Shown here piece after piece: positions 1-14,912 of a DNA stretch of 64,000 nucleotides. This DNA is from Azolla caroliniana. Taxonomy: Eukaryota; Plantae; Polypodiophyta. The notes under the pieces were generated by a model, which made no database searches, had not been told where the DNA came from, and was given only the letters and a program-made list of their open reading frames with translations. Position 1 is the stretch's first letter, and each line of letters begins with the position of its first letter. Both the position numbers and the translations under genes were made by a program. The DNA lies in assembly GCA_043228905.1 (NCBI GenBank), contig JBHGNT010000013.1:15066001-15130000 (forward strand), given 5' to 3'.

Positions 1-339
1 GCAAATGACATACATAAGATGATGGAAGGTGGCATCATCATATCGAATGTCGGTGCGATGGATGGATGGATGGAGAACTCGGGGGGTGGATAAGATGATA
101 GGTGAACAGGATCAAAGACATTCATGATGGAAACACAAGGTGGTGGATGACGGATGGATCGAACATGGCAGGCGCCAACATGACGAGCAGGCGAGGGAGG
201 ATCGGGCAGGCAGGTAGGCATGAACGAGATGGGCGGGCGAGCATGAATGAGATGTCCGGGTGGACATTATGCTCTCTCCTCTTGGGGACCCACCCATCCA
301 CACACCAGACACACCATACAAATTGCTTTTTTTTTTTGT

Positions 340-477
340 TTAGTGTCTGTCTGGTCTAGTCTTGGTCTCTGTTGGTGGGTCTGGTCTGGTCTGGTCTGGT
401 CTTTTTCTGAATGAATAAATAAGAGAGAAGAAGAAGAAGAAGAAGAAAAAAGAAAAGAAAGCCACGTTGGTTTCGTG

Positions 478-509
<32 letters not shown>

Positions 510-560
510 TAGGGTTTGCTTTGCTCTGCGCCAACTCTGCATGCTCTCTCTCTCTCTAGA
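340..560. repeat. Microsatellite cluster upstream of TOM1-like gene: (GTCTG)n, (GAA)n, (CAGA)n, (CT)n, plus telo-box-like CTAGGGTTT
   Basis: Simple repeats read directly at about 345-402, 425-450, 479-508 and 544-557. Confidence 0.85.
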
Positions 561-798
561 GCCTCTCTGCGTTTGCCCTGCTTCTTTCTTTATCTGGATT
601 TTTTGATACGATTTCTTCTCCTCTCTTCTCTTCTCTTCCAAGCTTTTTATCCGATCCTTTCTCTTCCCCTAATTATATTCTTTCCTCCCTTCTCCGCGTT
701 ATAAACATTAGGGTTTCGATAATCATATCCTTCTCTCCTCTGTTTACGGCCCTATCTATCCTTGTGCTTTTTTGTGTGCTTTCTGTTCGTTGATATAG

Positions 799-3700
799 AT
801 GATGCAGAAAACGATCATGGCAGGAGGACTTGCATATAGTTCTCCGCTGCATAATAGTATCGAGCTTCAAGATATGGGTAGTGTAGGACTAATTAGCGGT
901 TCATGGTGGGAGACTAATTCGAGTGCATGGCAAGAAGGTGTGTTTTACACTCTGTGTGGGGCTTACTCTCTCATCGCTGCAGTCACTTTGGTATGTGATC
1001 GAAATGGCATCTCTTATGATATAATTCCCTGTGTTTCTTCTTGTCTTGATGCCGTCTTGCTTTCTGCCGATGCGCTTATCTCTTGTCTATGGAATTTGAC
1101 TCCTTATTGATATTGTGACATTCTTCATGGATTGTCTTGTTCCTTGCTGTTTTTCTTGATCTACTGGTATTGCACCTTTGTGTTAAATGTTTCGTCTTTG
1201 GAAATCTCGATCGCTTTTTTTATATCATGTCATTAAACTAAAACTCCTTCGCTAGGGTTGAAGATGTAAATATTAGGTTTGGATTGGCCTGTGTATGGCT
1301 ATTGTTAGGGTTGAACGAATGCAGGATTAGTTTAGAGTGGTCTCTAATGGCTATTTGTTAAGAGCTATCTGAAACGGATTTTTAGATTAGTCCCTGTAGC
1401 CATCGAATGATGCATTCTATTTGTTGGATTGATATCTGTGTGACCATTTGTTTTTGCCATTGCCCAGAATCGTGACTTGCCTCTCATATAGGCAATGGCT
1501 AGATATGAAAGACGGGTTTTCCAATCTTAAATATGTCAAAGCCATTTTTTTATTTGACCGATTGGTTGAAAGAAGGAATTTCGGATTGATCTATGCTCTA
1601 GGTTCTTTGAATATTTTGTAACATGCTATGGCCTTTCAGAACTTTTATGCACTTGTTTATGGCAATGATATGTAGCAGGCATAGATATTGTTGTCATTGA
1701 TAGTTATGGTGAATAGTGACCATAGTAATGGCTATTAGAACTTACCAGAGTAAAGGGAAAAACTTGAAATACAGTGTAGTAATTGCCTTTGAAAAAATAA
1801 CAGAAATTCAGGCCTATTTAAGGAAATAAAGAAAAACTGGGGGTTACTTTGGAAATTTCCCAGATTAAAATTATGGCAAATTTGGATATTTTGCATATGT
1901 GGCATATCAGTTTTTTCTATTTCCTGAAGATGTTTTGGTAGATGCATGATTGAAATGCCTTCACGTTGAATCTGTTCTGTTTTGCATTGCCTTAATTTCA
2001 ATCATAGATATGCAGTAATCTCGTTTCATCAGGGTTCCTTGTATTCTCTTAGGTCTCATTAGAGTGTATATCTTCAATAACGATAATAATGTTAGAGAAG
2101 TCATATGCTGAATGTGTGGTTTTTCATCACTTCTAAAAACTGAAATAATTTATAACTGGGACATTGCTTTTCAATAGATTCAACTAGTACGGATTGAAAT
2201 ACGTGTGCCAGAGTATGGTTGGACTACCCAAAAGGTCTTTCATCTGATGAACTTCATTGTCACTGCTGGTATGTTTACTAATTTCTTTAATCATTTTGTC
2301 TTCATTTTATATTTGTATGATTAGAAATTAGAATAACTATCATTTGGCTCATTTATTCTCGCTTCTCTGCAGCTCGTGCGCTGGTGTTTGGTTTCTATTC
2401 TAGTGTTTTCTCATTTAGAATTCCGGTAACTCTATCTTTACAGGCTGAAAGTTATTTCTTCTCTGTTTCGGATGTAGCCCTGAAGTTGGATTTGTTTACT
2501 TAATATTGCAGATTTTGAGTGTTATCCTACTAGAACTACCAGGGCTTCTTTTCTTCTCTACCTATACCTTACTTGTCCTGTTCTGGGCAGAAATATACTA
2601 TCAGGTATAAAATGCTTATTTTGAAGCTTCATTGCGATAAGGATTTTTGGTAAAAAGCAATCAATTATGATTTGATGAGTCTACTTGATTTCTCTAAGAC
2701 AGGCACGAAGCCTGCCTACAGAAAATCTCCTTTCTTTCTTTCTTGGAGTAAATGGTGTGATTTATTTTATCCAGGTAATTCTATTCGGAAGTTAATTGTA
2801 AGTAAGATTTGCAACACATTTGTCTCTTAAAATTTTCTAGTTTAACATCTCTTCTGCTACTGGATTACAATTGATATCTTTTCTGGAACTTTCTAATTGA
2901 TCTTTTCTTATGTTAGATTATAATGTGGGTCTGTGAATGGTTCAGCTATAACGTGGTTACTCAAGCTGTAGCAAAGACATTTTTTGCGGGTAAGATCTTG
3001 TTAAGTTTTATGCTATCGGTATTTTATTTTCTGAAAATGGGTAATTTCAAAGATCAAAAGAATGATAGATTGGTTGAATTATATTTGAACACATGCAGGC
3101 ATTGGTTATATCTTAGGAACATATTCTAGCATTGATAAAGCTATTTAAACAGATCAAACTCTTATTATTATAATAACATGAGCGATCTTGGCTGATTGTA
3201 GTTGTATCATGCTTTGCTGCTATTGGCTTTGCTATATATGGTGGGAGGTATGCTATCGAAACCACTGAAAATTACAATAATTTTTGTTGAAATCTTGAAT
3301 TCCAATTTATTTGTAGGGGTTCTTATTGTCTTCAATTCCAAACTGTTTTAACTTGGTAATGATTTGCCAGATTATTTTTTATGCTTCGGAGATTTCCTTT
3401 GGAATCAGTAGGCCGCCAAAAAAAGCTCAGAGAGGTGCATTTCTAGAATATCAGCATTACAACCTGTATCAAATTCTGTTAGCTCTGATTCGGTGATGGC
3501 TAAAGTGCTTTTGTTTGTTACCAGGTTGGATTTATAACGGTCATATGCTTTACATGTTTCATCACTCGAACTGTTGTGGTAAGATATTATCCGTTTTCAT
3601 TGAACTTTGATGGCAGACTTCATGCCATGGTATATTTTTGTTAACTTTGTATTGCTGTGTTTTGTCTGAAATGTAAACTGGCATTAAACAAGATAGAGTA

Positions 3701-4114
3701 GATTGATTGGAACAACTAATGACTTGAAGAAATTCTAACAACTTAAAAGGAAATTTCTTTTGAAATGTTTCCTACTTAGTACTTAAGAGCCATAATTTTA
3801 CCTCAGAGTGAATTTGTCTGTCTCAGGTTGCTGTTGCAGCATTTAATGCGAAGGCTGATCTGGATGTGCTGTATCATCCTCTTCTCAATTTACTCTACTA
3901 CACGGTAATGAACAATGGAGCATGTGAATTGAAAAGTTCATAAAGGCTTCTTTGGAGTCTCTTGATCTATTTTTGGATGGTTAAAAACTCTTATATATGC
4001 TTGTTTGGTTCTTTCTTGCAGTTGGCTGAAATTTTGCCTTCGGCACTCATCCTCTATATTCTCCGTAAGCTTCCTCCGAAGCGTACAGAAGCTCAATATC
4101 AGCCGATCAGCTAG
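799..4114 (+). CDS. TOM1: Tobamovirus multiplication protein (TOM1/TOM3/THH1 family, DUF1084), 11 exons
   Basis: GT-AG exons at about 799-990, 2178-2268, 2373-2425, 2512-2604, 2703-2774, 2917-2989, 3202-3247, 3371-3434, 3525-3578, 3827-3904 and 4022-4114. They join in frame and give family motifs [49 protein letters not shown] and [21 protein letters not shown]. Paralog identity within the family is uncertain. Confidence 0.92.
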
Positions 4115-6991
4115 GGAAAGTCAAATATAAATATTGATTAAATATAGAGAGGTTTGGTTGCTAGGGAATATACATTCTCATAAAAATTTACTTGGGCAAC
4201 CTCATTTCAAGCTTCATTAATCTCCATTGGGTGATAGCAACTGAATATTTCATCCTTCATTATAATTGTCGTTCAAAACCATGGAATCCAAGCTTTCATT
4301 GCTGATCCTGCCATGAAACAAAAAGTTTATTGCATAACACAAGGCTGAATATGTAAGTATTTGCTTGTTTTGTGAATATACAAAAAGAGTTGACGCAATA
4401 TAACTGAAAAGGTTTTAGGATGATCAAATTTGGATTAGAATATCCTCTATAGGTGGTGTCAATTTAAATATATAATCAATTTCAGATGTCTAAATCTAGT
4501 TTCACTTTGGGCTTGTTTTCATATCCATTGGAGAACCTTAGGATGATTGTATTAATTTGTGTTTCTTTTACCATATAATGAGAATTAGAGCGTTTTAACT
4601 AAGGAAATTGTGTTGATACTCAGAAATAATTCAAATTGTAGAAATCCAAAAGAGACGTTTGTAGACAAGTATTTGATTTCAATTGATATTGTCCTTGTAT
4701 ATTTACGTTGGGAATGTCTCTATAAGCTTTTGTATCATCATATGTATAAGTCCTATTTAGTTTTGGTAAGATACATAGCCATCCACTTAGGTAAATATAC
4801 ATCCATAGGTTTGTCTTTAGTCATGACTAAATTTCCGCCAAGTATCTTGCACATTCAAAGGCATTTGTGTTTCTATTGCTATTTTGGACCAAGTTGATTC
4901 AAAGCCATGACCCACCATGCCTCCATGATATCAATACAAAAAAGGCTAGATAATGTGGACTTAGTTCTTATTGGGTAAATTTGATTGTTTTGGATTATGA
5001 AAGGAAACTCAAACTCTATTATAAAATGTAACTGATGAAGAAAGTCTATTTGATTTTGTATCCTTCACTAAAACACCCAACCATTTGATGAGTCCAAGGT
5101 TGCTTTAAGAAAATGTTGCAATCTTATCACTTACAAGGAAACACGCTTTGCACTTCTCTCTTTTGCTTTAAAGCAACCACCTTTGACTACAAGAATGGCA
5201 CTTTTCCTTGCATTTTCACTATCATGTAGGGACAATGTCGTCCTCAACAAATTAACCTGACAACCTATGTTGTTTTTCGAGGTAATTCTAAATAGTCTAC
5301 GAGTTGCAACTACTATCAAGTCCAAAAGCTTCAGTCATGGATTTGGTAGGTTGGGGTTTTCAACATATAGTCCAAAAATCCTATTTGCATATTGTGGTTT
5401 GATTAATGTTGTGTATTTAAATGATGAGTCATGGTGGCATACGTGTTTGAGTTTGGGGATGGAACACCACCATGTATAGACATAGATCCATCTCTCACCT
5501 TCACTGTTGATCGGGTGGATTGGTGCCCTTTCTTCCTTATTTTTCTCTTTAATTTTGCTTAGTGTTAATTAAGATTCTAACATTAATTAAGTTGGAATCA
5601 CTTTCAAATATAGCATAAATATTACACATCATATTGGGTTAGTAATGATATTACACATCACTCCCATATTAGGCTAGCTCAATTTCTCTCATTGGGCAAA
5701 AAAATATTACACCATATTACACATCACTCCCAATCATATTACACATCATATTTGGGTCTTGGGGTGTTCGAGAAGCTTTGGTTGTTTCTTTTGTTTCACA
5801 AGCACCATTACATGTTGGACACAATATGATTCATGCTCACAAACACAATGTTAAACCGGTAAAAGACTACTCAAGTATTTAGATAATTCATTGGCCCAAA
5901 GTGGCAACATTTTGAATATTTGTGTTCTATCTTTCATTAGACCATTATTTTGCTTTTTAGCTCTTTACATCACATCCAACCTCAACATGCAAGCTAAGGC
6001 ATAGTTCTACCTACTAGGGTATATCCCATATGCTTGGACCAAGTGAAGCATACATGAATCGATATATATGTGTTTAATAATTCCCTTGAGAGAAATTGGG
6101 CTAGTAATGACATAAAGAAGAAACCTCATTCATGAATGAATACACTTACACTATTCTTATTGTTACTCTCACCAAAACTAGCAAATTATTTTTTAGAGGC
6201 AATTCTATAATTCCTTCCCGAACACTAGAATTATCTATTGTGCTAAACTCTCCAATTATGCTTCTCCTCACTGGTGATAATAAGCATACCTAAATATGGT
6301 TGATGGAAGTGGAGTGGTGTTGAGGGCTCATAGTGCCAAAGAAGTTGGAGCCCTTCGTTTTATTCAAGATCTTTAGTATGTGAATAAAGTAACGATCCAA
6401 AATGCAAGGATTTGACCAAATGTCAACGAGTTTATTGCCTCATTCTTGGGAAGGTCAATTTATTTGATTGATGAGCTTTATTTATGTTATGACTAATTCA
6501 AATTTATTGTGGATATCATGGACATCACTACATTGAGGATCCTAATTGAGCTGGCAAGAGATCAATTCTACACACTCATAGATCCTACTATAAACTTGCT
6601 CCTCACATTGCAAAAATGATGAATGAACACGTAACGTTGCACATACTTTGATAGGTTCGGTTGAACACGAGAGAGTTTCTTCACATGTGGCAGTATTACA
6701 ATATGTGTCTCGAGTTTTGAGATCCTCTGCTCGGGACGACCAATACCAGATGACAAAGACATGGGATTGCAAGATTGTGTGCAACCATTCAACATCATCA
6801 CGAGCATCCATCCCCATCCCTTAGGTTTTGTTGCAACCATGGGAGGACATTTCGGGTTGGGCAATGGGGCATTTCCCGCTGAGTTTGAACACAACAGACA
6901 CGTGCTTTGTCTGATCTTTCGAGTGATGGATGGTTTCTTCGATGCATCAAATGGTGAACTCAAAGCATAAAACCACCTTGTGTAATTATAG

Positions 6992-6993
<2 letters not shown>

Positions 6994-7036
<43 letters not shown>

Positions 7037-7116
7037 TACATACATACATACATACATACATACATACATACATACATACATACATACATACATACATACA
7101 TACATACATACATACA
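6994..7116. repeat. (CA)n(CATA)n microsatellite; left flank of the MULE-like block
   Basis: Read directly. The same-strand (CATA)n resumes at 33530. Confidence 0.95.
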
Positions 7117-7524
7117 ACATGCATACCGATCTGCCTATTAGCTACCAAATCTTAAGGGAATTGTGGCCATGGAAGGTGCAATTGCTCAACTGAGTGCGTG
7201 TACGATTTGCACCGTCTGATTTGGATAAAGAAAAAACGCATGATAAAAAAAGTTGTTAGAGGTTGCCCAACTCTGAGTCCTTGGTCACCCAACCCTGTCA
7301 AAGTTCACCCAATTCTGAGTCCTCGCTCGCCCAACCCTGTTAGTAATCACCCAACTTTGAGTCCTCAGTCGCCCAATCCTATCAGTAGTTGCCCAACTCT
7401 GAGTCATCGGTCACCCAACCTTGTTAGTAGCCGCCCAACCCTAACACCTCAGTCGCCTAACTCTGTCAGTAGTCACCCAACTAGGGTTTACCCAACCCTA
7501 AACCCCCCTCTTCTGGAGATTAAA

Positions 7525-7527
<3 letters not shown>

Positions 7528-7597
<70 letters not shown>

Positions 7598-9021
7598 ATT
7601 ATCGTCTTCGGAGGTCAAATATGACCTATGAGACCAAAAATATTACATTTCACGTGATACGTGTGAAGGTGAGTAGCGACTCTCGATGATCAAGAACTTT
7701 ACCAATGAATGTTGCAATCGAGAGTGCACATCGTGGTTGTGAGAGAAATTCGTGCAAGGATTGGGCTCGATCGAAGAGATGTGGAAAGCATGGTTGAATA
7801 TGATCAAAGGCAGAGCATTGTATCAAAGTTTGATACTCAGACTCTCAAACTTGTTTAGGGCAAAGTGTGCATAGTCGGCCACTCTCATCACTTGTGCCCC
7901 AACGCCCCGTCTCACATCTCAATGCGTGCGAGCTAAGTCGCATGGAAGCAATGGTTTGAATGGCAGATATCAGGATGGGCTCTACCCGAGCTCTAACATG
8001 TATCGATGTGTACGACTTCCCCGTTCCGCGAAGAATATGGTTTTGTAGTTAGGTGCAACATTTGTAGTATAATGTGTGAAGCGTGAGCCACCACATTTGT
8101 CCCATGTCATGATACATTGGCGTTGCAAAAAAGCCTCATTTATAGAGGAATCTAGTGACACGCATCATGAAGCAAGTGTCTTGCATCCCATCTACCAAAC
8201 CATTTTTCTAAATCTTGCATCCAACCGGAACACAACATTTTGCTTTTATGCGTCTTTTGGATTTTTTTGCTTGCTTCCCATGCAATTCTAGGAAGTCGAT
8301 GTGAGAGACTTTTTTGAACCTTAACCATGTATTCAACAACCCTTTCCATGGCCATGATCCCAATGGGAAGCGATCCCGTCTCAAGGAGGAGGAGGGTGTA
8401 GGGCATTTGTTTCTTAACTTGTAGAAACCTTGTAAGAAAATATTTTTGGACATTTTCAAACTCTTTCCACATAGACTTAGGGATGCTACCGCCCCATACT
8501 TCCACCCCATAGAGAAGAACCAGGGTCACCAAAGTGTCAAAAAGATATTTCTTGAGGATCCAATACTTAATATCTCGAAGATTACATGTGTTCTCAAATA
8601 TATAATATGCTTGCTTACCTGCCTCTAAGCGGCGTGTAGCACATTCATTCCATTTATGATTTGAAGGAACTTCAAGGCCAAGATATTTGAAGCTTTCCAC
8701 ACATTCAAGTGGCTCATTGTTGTACATAATGTATGGTTGATCTCTTTTTTGACTCTTCACAAGCATAATCTTTGTTTTAGAGCTATTGACACTTAATCTA
8801 GTATGCATGCAAAATTTTTCCAATGCCTTCATAAGCTTTTGTGCATCTCTTGAAGTATTTGCAAAAAGCACTACATCATCCGCATATAACAAAAGCATAA
8901 TCACAACATTCGCAATGGCAACTTCTTCAACACATTCTTCCTTTACAAACTTGGTAACCATTTCTTCTAATTCATCAATGCATAGACCAAATAATGTTGG
9001 AGAGAGAGAGAGGTACAACAC
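7528..9021 (-). mobile_element. 5'-truncated non-LTR retrotransposon (RTE/RTEX/CR1-like RT C-terminal half) ending in a (TC)n tract
   Basis: ORF 8152-9021 has LSPTLFGL, LLYADDVVL, FKYLG and LLYGVEVWG. Broken frames further on give LRCETGRW...RLCTLC...ESEY...QC, and the (GA)n tract at 7528-7592 follows. Clade is not resolved by eye. Confidence 0.8.
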
Positions 9022-9029
9022 TACAAAAC

Positions 9030-11950
9030 ATCAATGGTCATCGTATGTATGGTATGACTAATGCTAAAAGACGTAAGAAATTGATTGATAAGTTTTCATA
9101 TATTCTTACGCGGTGCAATGTACTGTTGATGAATAATCCACATGATGAAGAGCTTTTGGATGTTCAAGTTCAAGTATAGGACATTGTGAAGAATTTGTCC
9201 TGTCAAAGTTATCAGCATCCAAGAATACGTCAATTGAAGGTGGGATTTATATATAATCAATCACAATCTCATATGTTTTTTCAAGGATTAAGACCACCAT
9301 ATGCTCGTTCAAATGTGGTACAAATTAAGATAGGGGATGACATTGTTGTAGACCCAGTCAAGGTTATTGAGTTATGTATTACTCATTTTAAGAATTTGGT
9401 TGGGCCAGAGTTGATTATTAATGAGGATGTCTTGAAAGCACGACAAGAGTTTTATAATGTAATTGGGAGTGCCGTGAATACAAATATTTGTCAAGAATTG
9501 GATGTTGATTTTGAAGAAGCTGAGGTGGAAAAGGTATTGTTACACCTTCCAAATGGTAAAAGCCCTGGTTGGGATGGTGTTACAAATGAAGTTTTTAAGA
9601 AGTATGCTAGCATGCTTAAGAGTCCATTCACACAAATGTTTCAACAATGTTGGGATTCGGGTTTCATGCCTGAGAGCTGGACGGTGGGCTTAATCAAATT
9701 GATACCAAAGGTACAATCTCTAGAGTCATTTCATCAATGGAGGCCTATTTCATTGATGGGAGGGTTGTACAAAGTGTTTGCAAAGATATTATCCAATAGA
9801 CCTAAGAAGTTCTTACCTCAACTTATTCATCCATCTCAATATGGTTTTATTACAGGTAGAAATATATTGCATAATGTTTTGAATGTTCAAATGGCGACCG
9901 ATTATGCTCGACATACACATCAAGAAATGGTTATGGTGCAATTAGATTTGGAAAAAGCATATGATCATGTTAATTGGTCTTTCCTCTCATGTGTGATGTA
10001 TAATATGGGGTTTGGTCCTCGTATGTGTCGACTTATCTTTTTGTTAGGGCAAAATGCAACCTCCCGTGTGATGTTTAATGGCGGAGTCACTCCGAAAGTG
10101 TTTCTTACTAGATCCATGCGGCAAGGATGTCCACTAAGCCCATTGTTATTTGCTATTGTTACACATCCTTTGTTAGTAGTGTTGTCAAATCTTGCGGCCA
10201 GTGGAGATATTGTGGGTTTGCATCTTCCTTCTAGTGGACAATTGGTGGCACAAGCATTGGCAGATGATTCATTGATGTTTTTACAAGCCTCAAAAGAAAA
10301 TCTTAAAAGGAGTATACAAGTTTGGGATCAATTTGCTTTAGCTTAAGGGTTGTATATAAATTGGAGGAAGTCTCGCCTTATTTCTTGTACGGAGAGTGAT
10401 TTGGAATGTTTGGGATGACGAGGGACAATGATTACACGAGGTTCAATTTATCGACATTTGGGTTATCCATTGGGCATTGATGTTACAAATGTTCAATTGA
10501 TTGATTGGATTGGTAGTAAATTGAGGGACAAATTTATGTATTGGAAGTCTCAATTATGGCCCTTTCATGTACGACTCAAAATGATGCAATGTATCTTGAT
10601 ACCCATGTTATTATATTTTTTGCCTTTACTTCCTTGGACTAAGAAGGCATTACAAAGCATGTTACAACCTATTCGGTTCATGTTGTGGCGGAAGGGAGAA
10701 ATGATGGGAGTTACATGGATTTCATGGGACCATTTGGCTACTCCTAAAAGGTTCGGTGGTGTAGCAATATTGGATTTGGAAAGGCATTTGATGGCTCATA
10801 GATTTACATTATTACGAGATATATGTCAACAAGATCAACCATGGATATCTATGATGCAATATTTTATTGAGCATGAAGGATTGGTGCATGGGAAAACAAA
10901 GATTCAAGCATCATGGTGGTCACTACTAAATGGAAGTATTCCTCTAAAGATTCGACATTCTATATGTGGACAACATTTGGTAAGATCGTGGCAAGATGCA
11001 TTATCTCTTTTTGAATGGGGACCATCAAGTGATCGAGAATATTGTAATTCATTACAAAATGAATTGCTTGTTTCTTCTCGAGTGTTGTTTTGGCATGGGA
11101 AAGAGAAGTTGAGATCTCAATTCAATCGTTTATTTCGATTGGGGATTGTACATTTGGAAGATGTGGTTGATAATGAATCTCAGAGGTTGTTGGATTTTGA
11201 AGATGCTAAGAGATGGTTATGTATTCCCCCAAATTATGGATTTATTTGGGAGAAATTACATGATATGCCATTGTTGCAAGGATCTTTGTCATTGAAAACC
11301 AATTTTGCACCTTGGGTAGATTGGCGGTTACAAGATGGTACACGCTTGTTACAGGTCACTACAAATATATTGTATCATCATGCGATGACATCATTATCTT
11401 GGATATCTCCTAAAGAAACGAAGTTGTGGAATGTATATAAGTCAAATGCAAGGTGGTGGAAAATATTACAACGTGGTTGGCATCCCCATCTACCACGAGG
11501 ATTAGGGTCTGGCACTTGTTTCTTTTGCACCGTTCCATTCGAGGATAATACACATAGGTTCATTAAATGTCCTATAGCGTGTACCATAGTTCCTAATATT
11601 CGTGTACGTCCAATTTACTGGACGTACGCGAATGTTTGCAAATGTACGCGATATTCGTTTGGCTTCTTCTTCTTTTTTTGACTTTTTTTGGGTTTTTCTA
11701 ATTTTTGATATTCATAATTCTTTGTGAATAGATTATGGAAGTGACGTCTCACACACACACACACTCTGTCACACGAGAACTGACAGATCTTCTCTCTCTA
11801 CAAAATCTAGATATCTAATATACATATTACACACTCCCTCACATAGACAAAACCCATAACTCCTCTCTCTCTCTCTCTAGAGTCTAGATATACACTCAAC
11901 CATTGTCTCCTCACACATACAAAACATGGCTTCTCTCTCTAGACCACACA

Positions 11951-12015
<65 letters not shown>

Positions 12016-12602
12016 TGTACACCATATACACCATATGTATATATCTATGTACCGCGTATGGATTTCAATCATACTTGGAGCCTTTTCACGTATGAGTATG
12101 ATACGAATATTGGCGTTTGAGTATGACACGAATGGGACGTATGGCTAGAACTATGGCGTGTACCATTTGGAAGTACTTATCGGACATTTGGCAAGTTTTA
12201 ACCCGTTGTTGTTTGAGACCTCAACAATGAGTTTTTTCTCAATATGTTCAAAATGGATCAAATGATGAGATGGAGATATTGTTCCAATTTTTACGTTATT
12301 AGGGTCTACAACACAATTGGAATATGTGTAATGCTTTCATGTTTGATAATAGACATGGGGTGAAAGCTTATATAAAGAAGCTTAAAGGTATTCTCATGTG
12401 GAATTTTTGGATGTTAGAGCATGTGGGGATCATTTCCTCAAATGCATATTCAGGTTTTTTGGTAGCATTAGAGAACGTCCCTCTCCCTACATATGCATAT
12501 GATAGGTAGAGGAGATTAGGAAGTGTTGTAACTAAGTGGATTTTACATACAATTAATATAATTGTGTGCTTTTACCAAAGAGAGAGAGAGAGAGAGAGAG
12601 AG
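9030..12602 (+). mobile_element. L1/Tx1-type LINE copy 1 (5'-truncated ORF2: RT plus zf-RVT), defective, ends at (GA)n
   Basis: ORFs 9186-10346 and 10428-11681 contain KSPGWDG, WRPISL, LDLEKAYDHV, RQGCPLSPLLF, ALADD, RHLGYPL and CFFC..ED..HRFIKC. There are in-frame stops near 10344 and 10416. Confidence 0.9.
11585..12155. mobile_element. hAT-type MITE (571 bp) inserted in L1 copy 1
   Basis: Terminal inverted repeats CATAGTTC/GAACTATG and an 8-bp TSD GCGTGTAC (11577-11584 and 12156-12163). Removing it restores the L1 frame CPIACTIWKYL. Confidence 0.9.
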
Positions 12603-14912
12603 AATTAACAATCTAATCAAGGGACAAAACCTTTCAGCCTTAGGTTTAATAAGAATGGTAAAATCAATTTACCATTAGAGAAACAAAATTGGAAAAGAAA
12701 TAATTCACGGGGTACAATGGTATCCACCGAAAGTCATCGACCATCTGTGCAAAATGCATTTGTAGCTTTAAGTGATTATTTCAAGGATATACCCAAGATA
12801 TTAGCACAACGAGAACGTGAGCACGCCAACAAACATCATAATTAGTGAGTGATGAAAATAGTCACATGGAATGTAAGGGGAATTTGTTCTTTGTCTAAGC
12901 AATATGGTATGTGGAAAACTATTTGTATTAGTCAGTGGTATGTATTATGTGCAGTAGAACATAAGGAGCATGCTAAGTCTGGGTCTTCTCTTCAGGATAA
13001 GCATATCATGTTTTTTATGCCAGAGTCACTAGAGGGTTTTATTAAGGTGTAATGCTTTTTGTAAGGGACAACTTGCAACCAATAGTGGTTCAAAGAGATG
13101 TTAATGGTCGGTTCTTAGTGGTTGAAGTTAATTATGAATGGAATAAGATTTGGGTGGTAGGTATTTATGCACCAAATGTTGCAAGGCAACATATAAATCT
13201 TTGGAGAGGTTTACATCGAGTTTTACGTCATGGAAGAGCTGGTTTTTTGTTAGGTGATTTTAATATGTGTTCTGAGGTGGGTCAATCTACTTTGATGCAT
13301 GGCCTAATGGATGCTCCTAAACAAGAGGTTTGGGATTTGTTTATGATGGAGGTCTTAAGATGCATGGACTTGGATCAATGGGCATGATGTTGGTTATACA
13401 TTTTAATATGCACAATATAGATAAACTTTGAGTAGATTGGATCGAATTTACATTATGCATGATGAGACATTCTTGCCAACACTTATGACTATGCAAGTAT
13501 ATAGGGGGATTGGATCATCATATCATTTCCCGGTTGTGTTGGAACGCACACATCAAACTGTGGATGATTTTAGATCGTTATTGGGAAAACAACCATTGTG
13601 GTTTAATTCATTTTTCTAGGACATAATAACTTTAAACATGCTATGGGACAATTGGTGGAAAAGTTTACTAGACAAGTCAATGTTCATGGTGTTTCGTCAT
13701 GGGATATTTGTCTCTCTAATATGAATCAACGCTTTACACGATATTATGGAATTCATCAAGCATCCATCTGTAAAAAAAATATGAGTTTAATCCAACAATT
13801 TCTAGACATCTACATTGTCGGTGAAAAGTTCATTTGATGATGTGTGGTTGGATATTCAAGAGACATTGTCACAAGCTTTACAAGTGTTAGAGATTTGTAG
13901 TTATCAACAATCACGGGTGATGGCTAAGAAAAATGAAATACATGATCACAACTGTCATTCACATAAGTTTTACCATGGGTTGCATGCATCTCATGCTAGG
14001 ATGAATGTGGTATGCGTAGAGATCGATGGAACTTTGTATACAAACCCACAAGTGATTATTGATGATTCTGTTAAGCATTTCACGAATCCTTTTGGGCAAG
14101 AATGTAATCTAAATGATGACATAACACAAGCGAGATCAATGTTATTTAACTTAGTTACAACGATTGGCGGGGAACATGTCATGTTTGCCTTGGAGGAGGA
14201 TATAAAGGAGGAAGAGGTGGAATGTGTATTGTCGATGCTCATTAGATGCAGCGAGAGTGACTTGGTTGATCTTGGATGGTGGGGGGATGGTGTGGCCAAA
14301 TATTGGATTAAGGCAATGTGTGCCGACACTTAGGTTACCCTATTGGTGTTGATATCTCAATGTCTGAAAGTTTGAATTGGACATCGGGGACCATTTTAGA
14401 AAAATTTATGCATTGAAAGTCTCAATCATGGCCGTTTAGTACTCGTCTCAAAGTGGTACAAGCTTAATAATGATTCCCATGATTTCTTATTTTTTGCCAT
14501 TATTACCTTGGACAAAGAAATCAATTGATCAATTAGCTCGTTCACTTAAATATACATTGTGGAAGAAATAATCAAAATTGGGTATGAGTTGGGTATCATG
14601 GAACAATATCTATACTCCAAAATGGTTAGGGGGAGTTACATTACTAAATTTGGAGGATCATATGGTGGCTCGAAGATTCAATATGTTGAAAGGTATGTGC
14701 ATAGGTACCAAACCTTGGGCAGAAATAATTAGTTATTTTGCGGAAAAGGTTTGTTTGTATATACCATGGGAAAGCAAAAATTACAACATCGTGGTGGCAT
14801 GTTGTTAATAGTACCCGAGCATTTAAATGCTCAGAATCTATTATGGTCTATCCAACAAATAGTGTTTTCTTGGCAGCGATGCTTGAAATTATTTCATTGG
14901 AAGCCCCCTGAG

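Noticed and set aside
102-870. Short ORFs near the window start
   Set aside because: They are products of microsatellites and low-complexity UTR/promoter sequence, with no domain motifs.
4610-6970. Scattered 60-180 aa ORFs, possible old TE remnants
   Set aside because: No recognisable catalytic motif. ORFs at 6568-7193 are extended by the (CA)/(CATA) repeats.
7260-7500. CRISPR-like regularly spaced repeats (also 30878-31240)
   Set aside because: The spacers are themselves repeated, the context is eukaryotic and there are no cas genes. Transposon subterminal repeats explain them.
7198-7689. 163-aa Pro/Ser-rich ORF
   Set aside because: It is a translation of TIR subterminal repeats plus (GA)n.
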